DNA of 56,195 nucleotides from an uncultured Clostridia bacterium (GCA_947165945.1 CAMVCF010000003.1:1-56195), one strand, 5' to 3'; positions 9,669 to 21,242 are shown, counted from the stretch's first letter. Translations and numbers: made by a program. The notes: a model not told the origin generated them from the sequence alone.

Positions 9669-10568
9669 TTACATAGTTTTTCTTTCAAGAGAATTTTCAT
9701 CTAATCCTGGATTATTTCTTTCACTTAATTCTTTCATTTGAATTAATTGAGCTCTTAAATCTTTATATTCTGCTGTTTTATCTAACAACATATTTGATAT
9801 TTTAGCCTTTTCTTCCTGAAGTTTTCTTCTTTGAGTTGCAAGTATTTCATTAAAGTCAACTATTTCTCCACGAACTTCTTCAACATTTTTATCCATTTCT
9901 CTTAGATCGGCTTTAGCTCTTTCCAAATCCTCTAATTCTCTTTTGTAAGCATCAAGATCAATAACATTTGAAAGATTTCCATTAAAGTAATCATTTAACT
10001 TTTCTTCATTTTGAAAACGATTAGTATTAAATGCAGGAGTACTAGTTTCTACTTTATCTAAAGTTTTGTTTTCAACACCTGATAAAGATGTTGAAAAATC
10101 AAATGGTTGATTAATTTCGTTAACATGTACTTCTTCTTTTGGAGCATCATGTACTATATTTTCTGGCTCTACTCCATTTACATTTCTAAAAGCATTAACA
10201 CTAGTTGGAACAATAGATGCAACTCTTAATTTTTTAGCTCCTTTAAGTATTAAATTACCTTTAATTGATGTATACCCAGTAATTGCAACTTTATCTTTTT
10301 TAGATTTCATTATATCAACTGTTGGAAACTCTTGAACTTTAACTTCTTCTTGTTGATTATCAACATTAGGCATAGGACTTGATACTTCTTGTTTTATTTC
10401 AGTAGGCTCTACTTTAACCTCTTCTTTTACTCTAACTTGAGACATTAAAGAATTTGCTTTTTCAGAAACATTTTTAAAAGTACTAAGTTTTGCAACCTTT
10501 CCACCATTTCTTGTTATACTATTTTCATAAAATTTAGAATCATCTAAAACGGTTATGTTATTTTGCAT
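9669..10568 (-). CDS. hypothetical protein with C-terminal coiled coil
   Basis: 299-aa ORF, SD GGAGG, heptad-like C-terminal third. Confidence 0.75.
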   Translation of the reverse strand: MQNNITVLDDSKFYENSITRNGGKVAKLSTFKNVSEKANSLMSQVRVKEEVKVEPTEIKQEVSSPMPNVDNQQEEVKVQEFPTVDIMKSKKDKVAITGYTSIKGNLILKGAKKLRVASIVPTSVNAFRNVNGVEPENIVHDAPKEEVHVNEINQPFDFSTSLSGVENKTLDKVETSTPAFNTNRFQNEEKLNDYFNGNLSNVIDLDAYKRELEDLERAKADLREMDKNVEEVRGEIVDFNEILATQRRKLQEEKAKISNMLLDKTAEYKDLRAQLIQMKELSERNNPGLDENSLERKTM

Positions 10569-10583
10569 GGTTATACCTCCTTG

Positions 10584-10847
10584 TTATTCATTTTTAGAAA
10601 GTTCTCTTAATAGATCTTTAATTCTTGACCATTCAGAGTCATCTGTAATAGTTCCAAGAGTTACATCATCATTAACGCGAGTAACACTAGAAACATAAAT
10701 AGTTACATTTCCATTCTCATCTGTTTCATTTTTTGTATATATAACATATTCCTTATTATTATCATTAAATTTAAAAGATAATAAAAGTTCTACCTCTTCT
10801 TTAGTTCCATTTTCAAGTGTTAAAGTCATCATTTTTTTATCGTCCAT
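10584..10847 (-). CDS. DUF1292 family protein
   Basis: LLSFKFNDNNKEYVIYT...ITDDSEWSRI. Confidence 0.8.
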   Translation of the reverse strand: MDDKKMMTLTLENGTKEEVELLLSFKFNDNNKEYVIYTKNETDENGNVTIYVSSVTRVNDDVTLGTITDDSEWSRIKDLLRELSKNE

Positions 10848-10968
10848 AATTATCCTCCCTATCTTCTAATATAATTTTATCATATTTATTTATTATTTCA
10901 AGTATTTTTGACTTATTTTTGTTATTTTTTTTGGCTTTTAAAAAAAATAAAGTCTTTTAAACCTTATT

Positions 10969-11241
10969 TTATACTTTTTTAATTAAAAAATAGTTACATT
11001 CATAAGCACATAATTCTTTTATATACTTATCTTTTTCTCTAATATCATTTATCTTATTACACCTTTTATTCTTTGGATCACAAAATCCTTTTAAACGGAG
11101 TTTATTATAAGCATAATCTCCTAAAATATAATCAAAGTCATAAAAATAATCAGTATACTTTTCTTTTAGTTCATCTAAATTAAAACAATTATTTTTATTA
11201 TCTATAATCTGATATTTAATATTATCTAAAATAATTTCCAT
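10969..11241 (-). CDS. yutD: YutD (DUF1027) family protein
   Basis: FDYILGDYAYNKLRLKGF...YIKELCAYECNYF; start at ATG 11241 after GAGG. Confidence 0.8.
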   Translation of the reverse strand: MEIILDNIKYQIIDNKNNCFNLDELKEKYTDYFYDFDYILGDYAYNKLRLKGFCDPKNKRCNKINDIREKDKYIKELCAYECNYFLIKKV

Positions 11242-11257
11242 CACTATATTCCTCTCA

Positions 11258-12988
11258 CTAATTACCATTATAAATCTTATTAAAAGCCGATACTTGAGTT
11301 TTATATTTAGCTAAACTACTTGCAGAATTCCAAGTCATATATCCACCTGTTAGCCCAGCATCATATAAACCTTGTATTTGTTTAGAAAGCATTTCTCCAT
11401 TATAAGTAACTGTTGGATTCCAATAAGGAGTATCATAAGCCGTTATCCAAGTACGAGCAATTGCAGGAGTTGAAATTTCCTTTTGACGAATAGCTGCCGT
11501 TTTTCCCCAATTAAGCATTGTTTGGTAAGGATTCTTCCAATATGATTCGCTACGTTCAAAATGATCTGTATAAGGCATTGCACTAATTGCATCAACTACA
11601 TTAGAAATGGCTGGAAAATATTGGCCATAACCAGTAACATATCCCCAACTAGATTCACCAAATACATCGGCACTAACATAAACATTTAATTTATGAAGTT
11701 CATCACATGCATACATCAAAAACTTTTGAATTGCTTCAGCTTTTTCTTCCAAATATTTATTTCCATAATCAATAGTTCCTGCTTTCTCATATGTATTTAA
11801 CCTATCCGGAAACCTGCAATAATCAAATTGAATTTCATTAAAGCCAAATAAATTAACGGCTTCTTTAGCTAAATCAACATTAAATTTCCATACATCACGG
11901 TTATATGCACTAGGCCAATAAGAACCATTATGTTTAAGTAAACTTCCATCACTCTTTTTAATAACATTATCTTTATTATCAAGTGCATAATAATCATCTT
12001 TAAACGTTGTTATTCTACCTATTACATAAAAACCTTCTTCTTTAATTCTTTCAATTGCATATTTATAATCATCAACACTATTATAAGCATGATCATAATT
12101 AGTTTTAGAAAATTCCTCATATATTTTACTTTTATAAGCCGGAACTGTATTATCTTTAATATCAACAACAAAAGCATTTATTTTGGTTGTTTTAGCAAAT
12201 TCTATATAATTATCAATTGTATTTTTAATTCCTTTTGAACCATTTATATATAAGGCATATACATATTCAGGCATCTTATTATCTTCAAATTCAGGTTTTT
12301 CTACTGGATAATAGTCAAGTGTTCCAGCATTTCCTCCACCATATTTATCAACTCTTTCCAAGTGTATTTTATAAAGTCCGTCAGGATCATAATTTGCTTT
12401 TGCATCACTTTCAGTTAAAACTAAATATTTACTATATAAATACCCTTCTTCTTCATCTTTTTTTATTTTATAAATATCAACCGTTCCATCATCTAATAAA
12501 TTTTCATAGCCAATTACTTGAACCTTATCTCCCTTTTTAAGTAAAGTGGAAAGATTCCCATTCAAATCTTTTAATAAATTATAACTAGTTCGAACAAATA
12601 ATTCTTTTTCTTGAACAACATCCGAAATATTCTCCACAATATTTGTTGATAAAACATAATAACTATCATCATCAATATCTACTTCATAATAATCTTTATC
12701 ATCAAATTCCTTTTTACTTGACTCTAAATATTTAATCTTTAATCCTCGAGCAATTTCATCAACTTTTTCTAAAGTTTCTTTAACTCCATCATCACTTTCT
12801 TCATTTTTAAGTTCAAATACATCTACTTTACTATTAATACTTGCAAGATACCCATTTTTTTTGGTTTCAAATATACTCTTAGGACTTCCATTTTTAAAAA
12901 TATAAATACATGATCCTATAAATATAAGAATAACAACAAGAAATAAAAACGAATTTTTCTTTTTTAACTTTACTTTTTTCTTTCTCAT
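11258..12988 (-). CDS. membrane-anchored putative glycoside hydrolase (DUF4015-like) with an SH3-like region
   Basis: NAFVVDIKD, YVIGRITTFKD, FNEIQFDYCRFP, VSADVFG, ARTWITAY; N-terminal TM. Confidence 0.8.
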   Translation of the reverse strand: MRKKKVKLKKKNSFLFLVVILIFIGSCIYIFKNGSPKSIFETKKNGYLASINSKVDVFELKNEESDDGVKETLEKVDEIARGLKIKYLESSKKEFDDKDYYEVDIDDDSYYVLSTNIVENISDVVQEKELFVRTSYNLLKDLNGNLSTLLKKGDKVQVIGYENLLDDGTVDIYKIKKDEEEGYLYSKYLVLTESDAKANYDPDGLYKIHLERVDKYGGGNAGTLDYYPVEKPEFEDNKMPEYVYALYINGSKGIKNTIDNYIEFAKTTKINAFVVDIKDNTVPAYKSKIYEEFSKTNYDHAYNSVDDYKYAIERIKEEGFYVIGRITTFKDDYYALDNKDNVIKKSDGSLLKHNGSYWPSAYNRDVWKFNVDLAKEAVNLFGFNEIQFDYCRFPDRLNTYEKAGTIDYGNKYLEEKAEAIQKFLMYACDELHKLNVYVSADVFGESSWGYVTGYGQYFPAISNVVDAISAMPYTDHFERSESYWKNPYQTMLNWGKTAAIRQKEISTPAIARTWITAYDTPYWNPTVTYNGEMLSKQIQGLYDAGLTGGYMTWNSASSLAKYKTQVSAFNKIYNGN

Positions 12989-13091
12989 AAAAACTCCTAT
13001 ATTATTATCATAACACAAATTTATTCTTTTAAAAATATTTTTTAAAGAATCAATATTTTCATATCACTTTCTTATATCCACTTGTCACTTT

Positions 13092-15590
13092 TTATAAGAA
13101 ATCATCTATAGTTAATAATCTTTCATCTATTTCTTTTAAAGATATTTTAGGTTTTTCTACTACTTCTTCTATTTTAGAAGAAATTTCTTCTTTTTTGATT
13201 AATGAAACTGCAACATTAACATCTTTTAATGTTTTTTTAGAAATTAAGCTTCCAGTTGAATATCTATCTAAAATAGGAAGTTCTGTTAATTTTATTTCAT
13301 TTATTTCATCACTTCTTAATATTAAATGACTATTATTTGGAATAGTAAATGTTTTTAAGACATGATATGGATTACTCTTAACTTCTTTTAAGATCATTAG
13401 TCCTCGTCTTGCACGAGTTGATTTTTCAAATTCTGATAGTTTCATTCTTTTTCCAGTTTTCTTGTCTGTAATTAAAGAAATATAATCAATATTATCAAAA
13501 TTATTAACAGATACTACTTGATCATCTTTTAAGTTAATTGACTTTACTCCACTTGTTCTAAGTCCAACAACTGGAATATCTAAAATATCATACCAAAGAC
13601 CATATCCATTTTTAGTTGCAACAAAGATATTATTATAAATTGATAAAAAGGCATTTACTAACTTATCATTATCTTTTAATTTCATACAGTTAACACTTTT
13701 ATTGTATCTTGAAAGTTCAAATTCAGATAATTTTGTTCTTTTGATCATTCCATTACGGGATGCTAAAGTTATATCAATATCATCTTTAAAACTAGAAACT
13801 CTAATACAAGAAATGATTTCTTCTCCATCTGATAATGGAACTAAATTACTTACATGTTTTCCTAAATCCTTCCATTTACAATCAAATATTGTATAAACTG
13901 GTATAAATAAGAAATTACCAAGATTTGTAAATATTAGAATTGTATCCATTGTACTTGCTTCAAAGAATCCAATTGGATAATCATTATCTTTTAAAACTGG
14001 TTCAGAATCAGTTGATGAAAATGATCTTATACTTGATCTTTTGATATATCCATCACGTGTTACTAAAACGATTACATCTTCCTTAGAAATCATTGCTTTC
14101 TCATCAATCGTGATATCTAGTACTTCATCTTTTATTTCAGTTTTTCGAGGAGTTGCATATTCACGTTTTATATTTTTAAGTTCACCTTTCATAACTCCTT
14201 TTAATTTTTCAGGATCTGCTAAAATTGCTAAAAGTCCTTCAATTATTTTCTTTAAATTATTATATTCTTCTATAAAATCATTTATATCAGAGTTTGTTAA
14301 TCTATAAAGTTGTAGTGTAACAATATAAGTAGCTTGCTTTTCAGAAAAATTATATTCTTTTTGTAAATTAAGAATAGCATCACTCTTATTTTTACTAGCT
14401 CTAATTGTTTTAATTACTTGATCAAGAATTTCAATTGCTTTAATCATACCTTCTACAACATGCATTCTATCTTTAGCAGTTAATAAATCAAACTCAGTTC
14501 TTTTTTTTATAACTTCTTCAAAGTGTTTAATATAAGCATCAAGTATTCCAATTACTCCAAGTGTCATCGGACATCTATCAACAATTGCAACCATATTATA
14601 ATTATAATTTATCTGAAGTTCACTATTTTTATAAAAATAATTTAAAATCATTTCTTTGTTAGCATCTTTTTTTAGATCAATTACAATTCTAACTGGTGAA
14701 TGTCTATCGGATTCATCACGAATTTCAACTACTCCTTCAACTTTTTTATCAAGAACTAATTCACTCATTCTCTTTACAAGGGATGCTTTATTAACATCAT
14801 ATGGTATTTCATGAATAACTATTTGTTCTTTCCCTTTGTCCTTTATAAATTCATGTTTACTTCGAACAACAACTTTTCCTCGACCTGTTCTTAAGGCTTC
14901 TCGTATTCCTTCTTTTCCTTCAACTATTCCACCTGTTGGAAAATCAGGCCCTTTAATAATATCAAATATTGTTTCTTCATGGCAATTTGGACTTTCAATT
15001 CTTTTGATAGTAGCATCTATAACTTCTCCTAAATTATGAGGTGGAATATTAGTTGCATATCCTGCTGAAATTCCTGTTGAGCCATTTACAAGTAAATTTG
15101 GAAATTTAGCTGGTAAAACAGTTGGTTCCATTAAGGTATCATCAAAGTTTGGTGCCCATGTTACTGTATCTTTTTCAATATCTTTTAATAATTCATTACT
15201 AATTTTTGAAAGACGAGCTTCCGTATAACGCATTGCAGCAGCAGAGTCGCCATCCATTGAACCATTATTTCCTTGCATTTCAATATATGGAGTATTTTGT
15301 TTCCACCACTGACTCATACGAACCATTGCATCATAAATTGAAGAATCACCATGTGGATGAAAATTACCCATGATAGAACCTACTGTTTTAGCACTTTTAC
15401 GAGTAGGTTTATCATACGTATTCTTATCATTATACATTCCATATAGTATTCTTCTTTGAACTGGTTTTAATCCATCCCTTACATCAGGAATTGCCCTATC
15501 TTGAATAATAGCTTTTGCATATCTTGAAAATCTATCTTCCATGATTTCTTCTAATGTTGTATCATATATTTTTTTTATTAATTCATTCAT
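13092..15590 (-). CDS. parC: DNA topoisomerase IV subunit A
   Basis: DGLKPVQRRILY, FHPHGDSSIYDAMVRMSQ, AAAMRYTEARL; follows parE. Confidence 0.93.
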   Translation of the reverse strand: MNELIKKIYDTTLEEIMEDRFSRYAKAIIQDRAIPDVRDGLKPVQRRILYGMYNDKNTYDKPTRKSAKTVGSIMGNFHPHGDSSIYDAMVRMSQWWKQNTPYIEMQGNNGSMDGDSAAAMRYTEARLSKISNELLKDIEKDTVTWAPNFDDTLMEPTVLPAKFPNLLVNGSTGISAGYATNIPPHNLGEVIDATIKRIESPNCHEETIFDIIKGPDFPTGGIVEGKEGIREALRTGRGKVVVRSKHEFIKDKGKEQIVIHEIPYDVNKASLVKRMSELVLDKKVEGVVEIRDESDRHSPVRIVIDLKKDANKEMILNYFYKNSELQINYNYNMVAIVDRCPMTLGVIGILDAYIKHFEEVIKKRTEFDLLTAKDRMHVVEGMIKAIEILDQVIKTIRASKNKSDAILNLQKEYNFSEKQATYIVTLQLYRLTNSDINDFIEEYNNLKKIIEGLLAILADPEKLKGVMKGELKNIKREYATPRKTEIKDEVLDITIDEKAMISKEDVIVLVTRDGYIKRSSIRSFSSTDSEPVLKDNDYPIGFFEASTMDTILIFTNLGNFLFIPVYTIFDCKWKDLGKHVSNLVPLSDGEEIISCIRVSSFKDDIDITLASRNGMIKRTKLSEFELSRYNKSVNCMKLKDNDKLVNAFLSIYNNIFVATKNGYGLWYDILDIPVVGLRTSGVKSINLKDDQVVSVNNFDNIDYISLITDKKTGKRMKLSEFEKSTRARRGLMILKEVKSNPYHVLKTFTIPNNSHLILRSDEINEIKLTELPILDRYSTGSLISKKTLKDVNVAVSLIKKEEISSKIEEVVEKPKISLKEIDERLLTIDDFL

Positions 15591-15651
15591 TTTGTCACTT
15601 CCTTAATTATTTTTTTAGTTTGTTATGTGACTAAGGTAATATTTATTAATA

Positions 15652-17565
15652 TTATTTACCTATTACATAATTATCTTCAAGAGAAAATTCAATATTTTCT
15701 TCGATCCATTCTTTTCTTGGTTCTACTTTATCTCCCATTAAAACACTTACGCGTTTTTCAGCTAGTAATGCATCAGTTATTGTTACTTTAATTAAACTTC
15801 TTGTATCAGGATTCATTGTCGTTTCCCAAAGTTGAGTTGCATTCATTTCACCAAGTCCTTTATATCTTTGAACATTTGTTGCTTTAGATTTTTCTTTATC
15901 CATTATAACTTGTTTTTCATCATCATCCCATGCATAAAATGTTTTTTTAGTTCCATAATCTATTTTATATAGAGGAGGAAGTGCTATAAAAAGTCTTCCT
16001 GTTTCAATTAAACCTCGCATATAACGATAAAAAAATGTAAGTAAAAGTATTTGAATATGAGCTCCATCATCATCAGCATCGGTCATAATAATGATTTTAT
16101 CATAGTTTGAATCATCAGCAACAAAATCTGATCCTACTCCAGCCCCAATTGTATGAATAATTGTATTAATTTCTTCATTTTTGAATAATTCTTCCATTCT
16201 AGTTTTTTCAGTATTTAAAACTTTTCCCCTTAAAGGTAATATTGCTTGAAAAGTTCTATCCCTTCCACTTTTAGCAGATCCTCCTGCCGAATCTCCCTCA
16301 ACTAAATATAATTCATTTTTTTTAGGATTCTTGTATCCTGCTGGAGCAAGTTTTCCACTTAAAAGTTTTTCTTTTTTATCACGATTTTTACCATTTCTTG
16401 CTTCATCTCTTGCTCTACGGGCTGCTTCTCTTGCAATTTTACTTTTTACCATTTTATCTAAAATACTTACTGCAACTGCCTTATTTTCTTCTAAAAAGAA
16501 TTGGAGTTTTTCAGTAACCATTGATTCAACTGCAGGACGAGCTTCTGGTGTTCCTAATTTCCCTTTGGTTTGTCCTTCAAATTGTAATAAACTTTCTGGC
16601 ACTTGCAAACTAATGATAGCCGTAATTCCTTCTCTTGTATCACTTCCCTCAAGATTTTTATCCTTTGCCTTTAAAAAGCCATTATTTTTAGCATAATCAT
16701 TAAATACTTTGGTTAAAGCTGTTTTAAATCCTACTTCATGGGTTCCACCATCACCTGTTTTTACATTATTAACAAAAGATTCGATTGTTTCATTATATGA
16801 ATCAGTATATTGAAAAGCAATTTGCATATGCATCTTATCTTTATCACCCTCAAAATAAACAACATTATGAAGAGGATTTTTATCAACATTCAAATAAGCG
16901 ACAAATTCTTTAATTCCTTCAAGGTAACAAAAATGATTTTCACGATTATCTTCTAAATCAATAACGTCAATTGTTAAGCCTTTTAAAAGAAAAGCTGATT
17001 CTTGCATTCTTTCACAAATTGTTGTAAAAGAAAAATTTGTTGCTTTAAATATGGTTGGATCTGGCATAAAACGAACTTTAGTACCACATCTATTAGTTGT
17101 TCCTATTTTTTTTAATGGAACATCTACTTTTCCTCCATCTTTAAATCTTATGAAATATTCACCTTTATCTTTTTTAATAGTTACTTCCATCCAACTTGAT
17201 AAAGCATTAACAACTGATGCTCCAACTCCATGAAGTCCCCCAGATACTTTATAACCAGACTGCTCAAATTTACCTCCTGCATGAAGAACTGTATAGATAA
17301 CTTCTGGAGTTGATTTTCCACTTGAATGCATTCCAACTGGGATACCTCTACCAAAATCTTCTATTTCAATACTTTTATCTTTATGAATAGTAATTATTAT
17401 TCGATCACCATATCCATTAATAACTTCATCAATTGAATTATCAACAATTTCCCATACTAGATGATGAAGACCTCTTTTATCAGTTGATCCTATATACATT
17501 CCTGGTCTTTTACGAACCGCTTCTAAACCTTCTAATATTTTAATTGAATTTTCATCATATGTCAT
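15652..17565 (-). CDS. parE: DNA topoisomerase IV subunit B
   Basis: LEAVRKRPGMYIG, EIVDNSIDE, GGLHGVGASVVNALS, EGDSAGGSAK, MTDADDDG; KVEPRKEWIE C-terminus typical of ParE. Confidence 0.93.
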   Translation of the reverse strand: MTYDENSIKILEGLEAVRKRPGMYIGSTDKRGLHHLVWEIVDNSIDEVINGYGDRIIITIHKDKSIEIEDFGRGIPVGMHSSGKSTPEVIYTVLHAGGKFEQSGYKVSGGLHGVGASVVNALSSWMEVTIKKDKGEYFIRFKDGGKVDVPLKKIGTTNRCGTKVRFMPDPTIFKATNFSFTTICERMQESAFLLKGLTIDVIDLEDNRENHFCYLEGIKEFVAYLNVDKNPLHNVVYFEGDKDKMHMQIAFQYTDSYNETIESFVNNVKTGDGGTHEVGFKTALTKVFNDYAKNNGFLKAKDKNLEGSDTREGITAIISLQVPESLLQFEGQTKGKLGTPEARPAVESMVTEKLQFFLEENKAVAVSILDKMVKSKIAREAARRARDEARNGKNRDKKEKLLSGKLAPAGYKNPKKNELYLVEGDSAGGSAKSGRDRTFQAILPLRGKVLNTEKTRMEELFKNEEINTIIHTIGAGVGSDFVADDSNYDKIIIMTDADDDGAHIQILLLTFFYRYMRGLIETGRLFIALPPLYKIDYGTKKTFYAWDDDEKQVIMDKEKSKATNVQRYKGLGEMNATQLWETTMNPDTRSLIKVTITDALLAEKRVSVLMGDKVEPRKEWIEENIEFSLEDNYVIGK

Positions 17566-17616
17566 ATTTATCACTCCTAAATTATTTTAATTATTATCTA
17601 TCTTTAATTCATTAAT

Positions 17617-17645
17617 ATTATAGCTAAGTTTTATTAAACTATCAA
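17617..17645 (-). promoter_or_regulatory. sigma-A promoter of parEC
   Basis: TTGATA, 17-nt spacer, TATAAT on minus. Confidence 0.7.
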
Positions 17646-17832
17646 GTTAAAATTACGTTTATTTGACACATATAGTCTTTAAACATACTTTTAAATTTAA
17701 CAAATTTTAAAAAAAAAAGCAAACTAATTTTAATAAAAAAAGTTATTTACTTTGTTCTTTTATAATTTTTTTATTATTTTTTCGTTTAATAATACTGTTT
17801 TTTTCTTGTAAATATCATAATTATTATATTTA

Positions 17833-17859
17833 ACATTTTTATTATTAATTACATATAAT
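17833..17859 (+). promoter_or_regulatory. sigma-K-type sporulation promoter
   Basis: ACA, 16-nt spacer, CATATAAT directly upstream of the SD of the yqfQ-like gene. Confidence 0.5.
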
Positions 17860-17877
17860 GTTTTAGAGGTGAAAACT

Positions 17878-18249
17878 ATGTACAATAATCCATATAACTA
17901 TTATCCATATATGAATATGCCAAGAGGAATGACAGTGAATCCTTATCTACAAGGATCATCTATTAACGGAATTCAAAATATTGTAAGACCACGTGCAGGA
18001 CTTTTTAAAGGATTATCAGGTATTAAATGGGGAACAATTTTAAATAATACTCAAAAAACATTAAATGTAATTAATCAAGCTATTCCTGTTTATTACCAAA
18101 TCAAACCTATTTTTACTAATGTTAGAAGTTTAGGAAAATTAATATCAGCTTTTAATACAGAAGATTCATCTAAAGACTTTTCTAATAATATCAATGAAAT
18201 GAATGTAAAAAAAGAAAATAAGAATTCTCCTACTTTCTTTATTAATTAA
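17878..18249 (+). CDS. YqfQ/VrrA family (spore-associated) protein
   Basis: Tyr/Pro-rich N-terminus; ILNNTQKTLNVINQAIPVYYQIKPIFTNV; SD GAGGTG before ATG 17878. Confidence 0.7.
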   Translation: MYNNPYNYYPYMNMPRGMTVNPYLQGSSINGIQNIVRPRAGLFKGLSGIKWGTILNNTQKTLNVINQAIPVYYQIKPIFTNVRSLGKLISAFNTEDSSKDFSNNINEMNVKKENKNSPTFFIN

Positions 18250-19235
18250 TTATTCTTTGCAAAGTTATAGCTATCCAGGCACATATCTTCAAGTGTATAT
18301 TTAGGATTAAATCCAAGTTCACGTCTTGCAAGTTCATTAGAAGCATAACAAGCATCTATATCTCCTTCTCTTCTTCCAACTATTTGATAATTAACTTTAA
18401 CATTATTAACTTTTTCAAACATATTTACTAGTTCTAAAACACTAGTACCATGTCCAGTTCCTAAATTATAAATTTTAAGCCCAGTTTTTTTATTTTTTAA
18501 AGCTAAAACATGTCCATACGATAAATCTGATACATGAACATAATCTCTTACTCCAGTTCCATCACTTGTATTGTAATCATCACCAAAAATATTTAAAACC
18601 GGAAGACGTCCATTTGCAACTTTTACAATATATGGCATTAAGTTATTTGGTATTCCATTAGGATCTTCCCCTAAGAGTCCAGATTTATGTGCACCTATTG
18701 GATTAAAATAACGAAGAATTGTAATATCAAAACTTGGATCAGACTTATACAAATCTTTTAATATATTTTCAATCATTAATTTTGTTGTTCCATATGGATT
18801 AGTTGTTGATAAAGGAAAATCTTCATAAATTGGTAAACTTTTAGGATTACCATAAACTGTTGCACTAGAAGAAAATACTATTTTTTTGACATTATATTCA
18901 GCCATAAGATCAAGTAAATTTAAAGTAGAAATTATGTTATTTCTATAATAAAGAAGTGGCTTTTCAACACTTTCACCAACCGCTTTAAGTCCAGCAAAGT
19001 GAATTACTGAATCAATACTCTCTTTTTCAAAAATATTTCTTAACTTTTCTTTATCACACATATCTACTTTATAAAAAGAAACATTTTTTCCTGTTATTTT
19101 TTTTATTTTATCAAGAACATCTTCTTTAGAATTTACAAGATTATCAACAATTACTACATCATATCCTGACTCTAATAAATCAACTGTTGTATGTGATCCT
19201 ATAAAACCACATCCACCACTTACTAATACTTTCAT
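18246..19235 (-). CDS. galE: UDP-glucose 4-epimerase
   Basis: GGCGFIGSH, HFAGLKAVGES, SSSATVYG, PYGTTK, LRYFNPIGAH. Confidence 0.95.
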   Translation of the reverse strand: MKVLVSGGCGFIGSHTTVDLLESGYDVVIVDNLVNSKEDVLDKIKKITGKNVSFYKVDMCDKEKLRNIFEKESIDSVIHFAGLKAVGESVEKPLLYYRNNIISTLNLLDLMAEYNVKKIVFSSSATVYGNPKSLPIYEDFPLSTTNPYGTTKLMIENILKDLYKSDPSFDITILRYFNPIGAHKSGLLGEDPNGIPNNLMPYIVKVANGRLPVLNIFGDDYNTSDGTGVRDYVHVSDLSYGHVLALKNKKTGLKIYNLGTGHGTSVLELVNMFEKVNNVKVNYQIVGRREGDIDACYASNELARRELGFNPKYTLEDMCLDSYNFAKNN

Positions 19236-19239
19236 TTTA

Positions 19240-20496
19240 TCACTCCTCATATGTAACTATTTTTTTATCTGTTTCTATTAACTTATTTTCTGAACTTTTT
19301 GGTATTACTATTATATCTTTATTTCCATCAGATATATATCTTGTTTTTTCTAATAATTTAAAAGTCATTTCTAAATCAAATTCACGTCCATTATTATCAT
19401 AAGCTCTTACCCTTTTTAAGAATGTTTTATCAAAACTAGTATCAAATGGACTAACTTCAGGTTCCCATCCTACTCGAAGAGCTGCCTCAGTATTGTATTT
19501 AAATCCATCATACTCTCCATTTAAAATAAATTCATAATTTTTGTGACCTTTTGAATAAGGTGAACCAAATGGAAGTGCAATAATATTTACATATTTTCCA
19601 GGAATCAAATTTTCTAGTTTTTTATACATATTTCCGACTTCTTCTTTGGTTTTATCTATTGATATCTTAGTAAAATCGACATGAGATATAGTATGATTTC
19701 CAATATCATAACCATTTTCTAACAAAAATTTAATAATATCTTCATTATATTCAGGTTGATTACATAATCCACCATTTAGAAAGAAAGTTGCTGTAACATT
19801 AAAATCTGGATATTTTTTCTTAATTTTTTCAAGTACTCCTATTGCCGAATTAGGATCAAATTCTAAAGATCCATCCTCATTTTTCTTTATTACACGAAAA
19901 TTATTTGCATTTCCATCATCAAATGTTAAAATGATAGGACTATATCCAAGTGAAACATCAATATTTCCATCAATATAGTCTTTTAATCTTATCATTCTAT
20001 ATCCTTTTCCATAATACATTTCTAAATCTTCTAAAAAAGCATTACTTGTTCTATTATACCCATCTTTATCAACATTTCCACCTGTATATTGATTAGTTGT
20101 AGTATCAACAATTCCGTGATACATCATAATAGGTACACGCCCTAATTCATTAACTTTATTTTTTTTAAATTCATCAATCGGTAAACTTCCTAAAGAAACA
20201 ACTAAAGTTAATTTATTACCTTCAACATGTCCTTCTATAATTTTATTTTTAGAGATAGAATCATTATAATCATAGAAAACATCAAGCTCTAATTTTTTTT
20301 CTTTTGCATATTCAGAAGCTCTTAGATAACTAATATTTTCAAAATCAGTTATTTCTTCATCAATTGTTTTAGTAATTCCTTTTAATAAATTAATATCCTT
20401 ATCTTGTTTCAAAGAATATAGAAAAATAGCAAGAATAACAATTAATCCAACAAAAACAAATAACCCCTGTTTTTTTAATTTTCTTCTCTTTCTCAT
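19240..20496 (-). CDS. membrane-anchored polysaccharide deacetylase (NodB family)
   Basis: PIMMYHG, LTFDDG, GNHTISH; N-terminal TM. Confidence 0.85.
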   Translation of the reverse strand: MRKRRKLKKQGLFVFVGLIVILAIFLYSLKQDKDINLLKGITKTIDEEITDFENISYLRASEYAKEKKLELDVFYDYNDSISKNKIIEGHVEGNKLTLVVSLGSLPIDEFKKNKVNELGRVPIMMYHGIVDTTTNQYTGGNVDKDGYNRTSNAFLEDLEMYYGKGYRMIRLKDYIDGNIDVSLGYSPIILTFDDGNANNFRVIKKNEDGSLEFDPNSAIGVLEKIKKKYPDFNVTATFFLNGGLCNQPEYNEDIIKFLLENGYDIGNHTISHVDFTKISIDKTKEEVGNMYKKLENLIPGKYVNIIALPFGSPYSKGHKNYEFILNGEYDGFKYNTEAALRVGWEPEVSPFDTSFDKTFLKRVRAYDNNGREFDLEMTFKLLEKTRYISDGNKDIIVIPKSSENKLIETDKKIVTYEE

Positions 20497-20685
20497 ACCT
20501 ATCACATCCTAATTGTACCAAATTACTAATGCAAAGTCCATTATTTAATTAAAAAAAATATATTATTTACTATTTACTTAACAAAGTAACCATAAATAAT
20601 TATTTATATAATAAATTTATATATTTTTAGTTTATTATAATTATTAAATTTATTTATATAAAATAAAATAATATTGGAGGTAAAA

Positions 20686-21189
<504 letters not shown>

Positions 21190-21206
21190 AAATCATTTTA
21201 AAACAT

Positions 21207-21242
21207 AAAAGATCTAAGACTTATACAGTCATTAGATCTTTT
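21207..21242. terminator. bidirectional terminator overlapping the frr stop
   Basis: AAAAGATCTAA-GAC...GTC-A-TTAGATCTTTT. Confidence 0.7.

Noticed and set aside
17575-17830. Extremely AT-rich intergenic stretches (also 20510-20675 and 32485-32715) as hidden RNAs or an origin
   Set aside because: They are divergent promoter regions; I found no DnaA-box cluster or stable conserved structure
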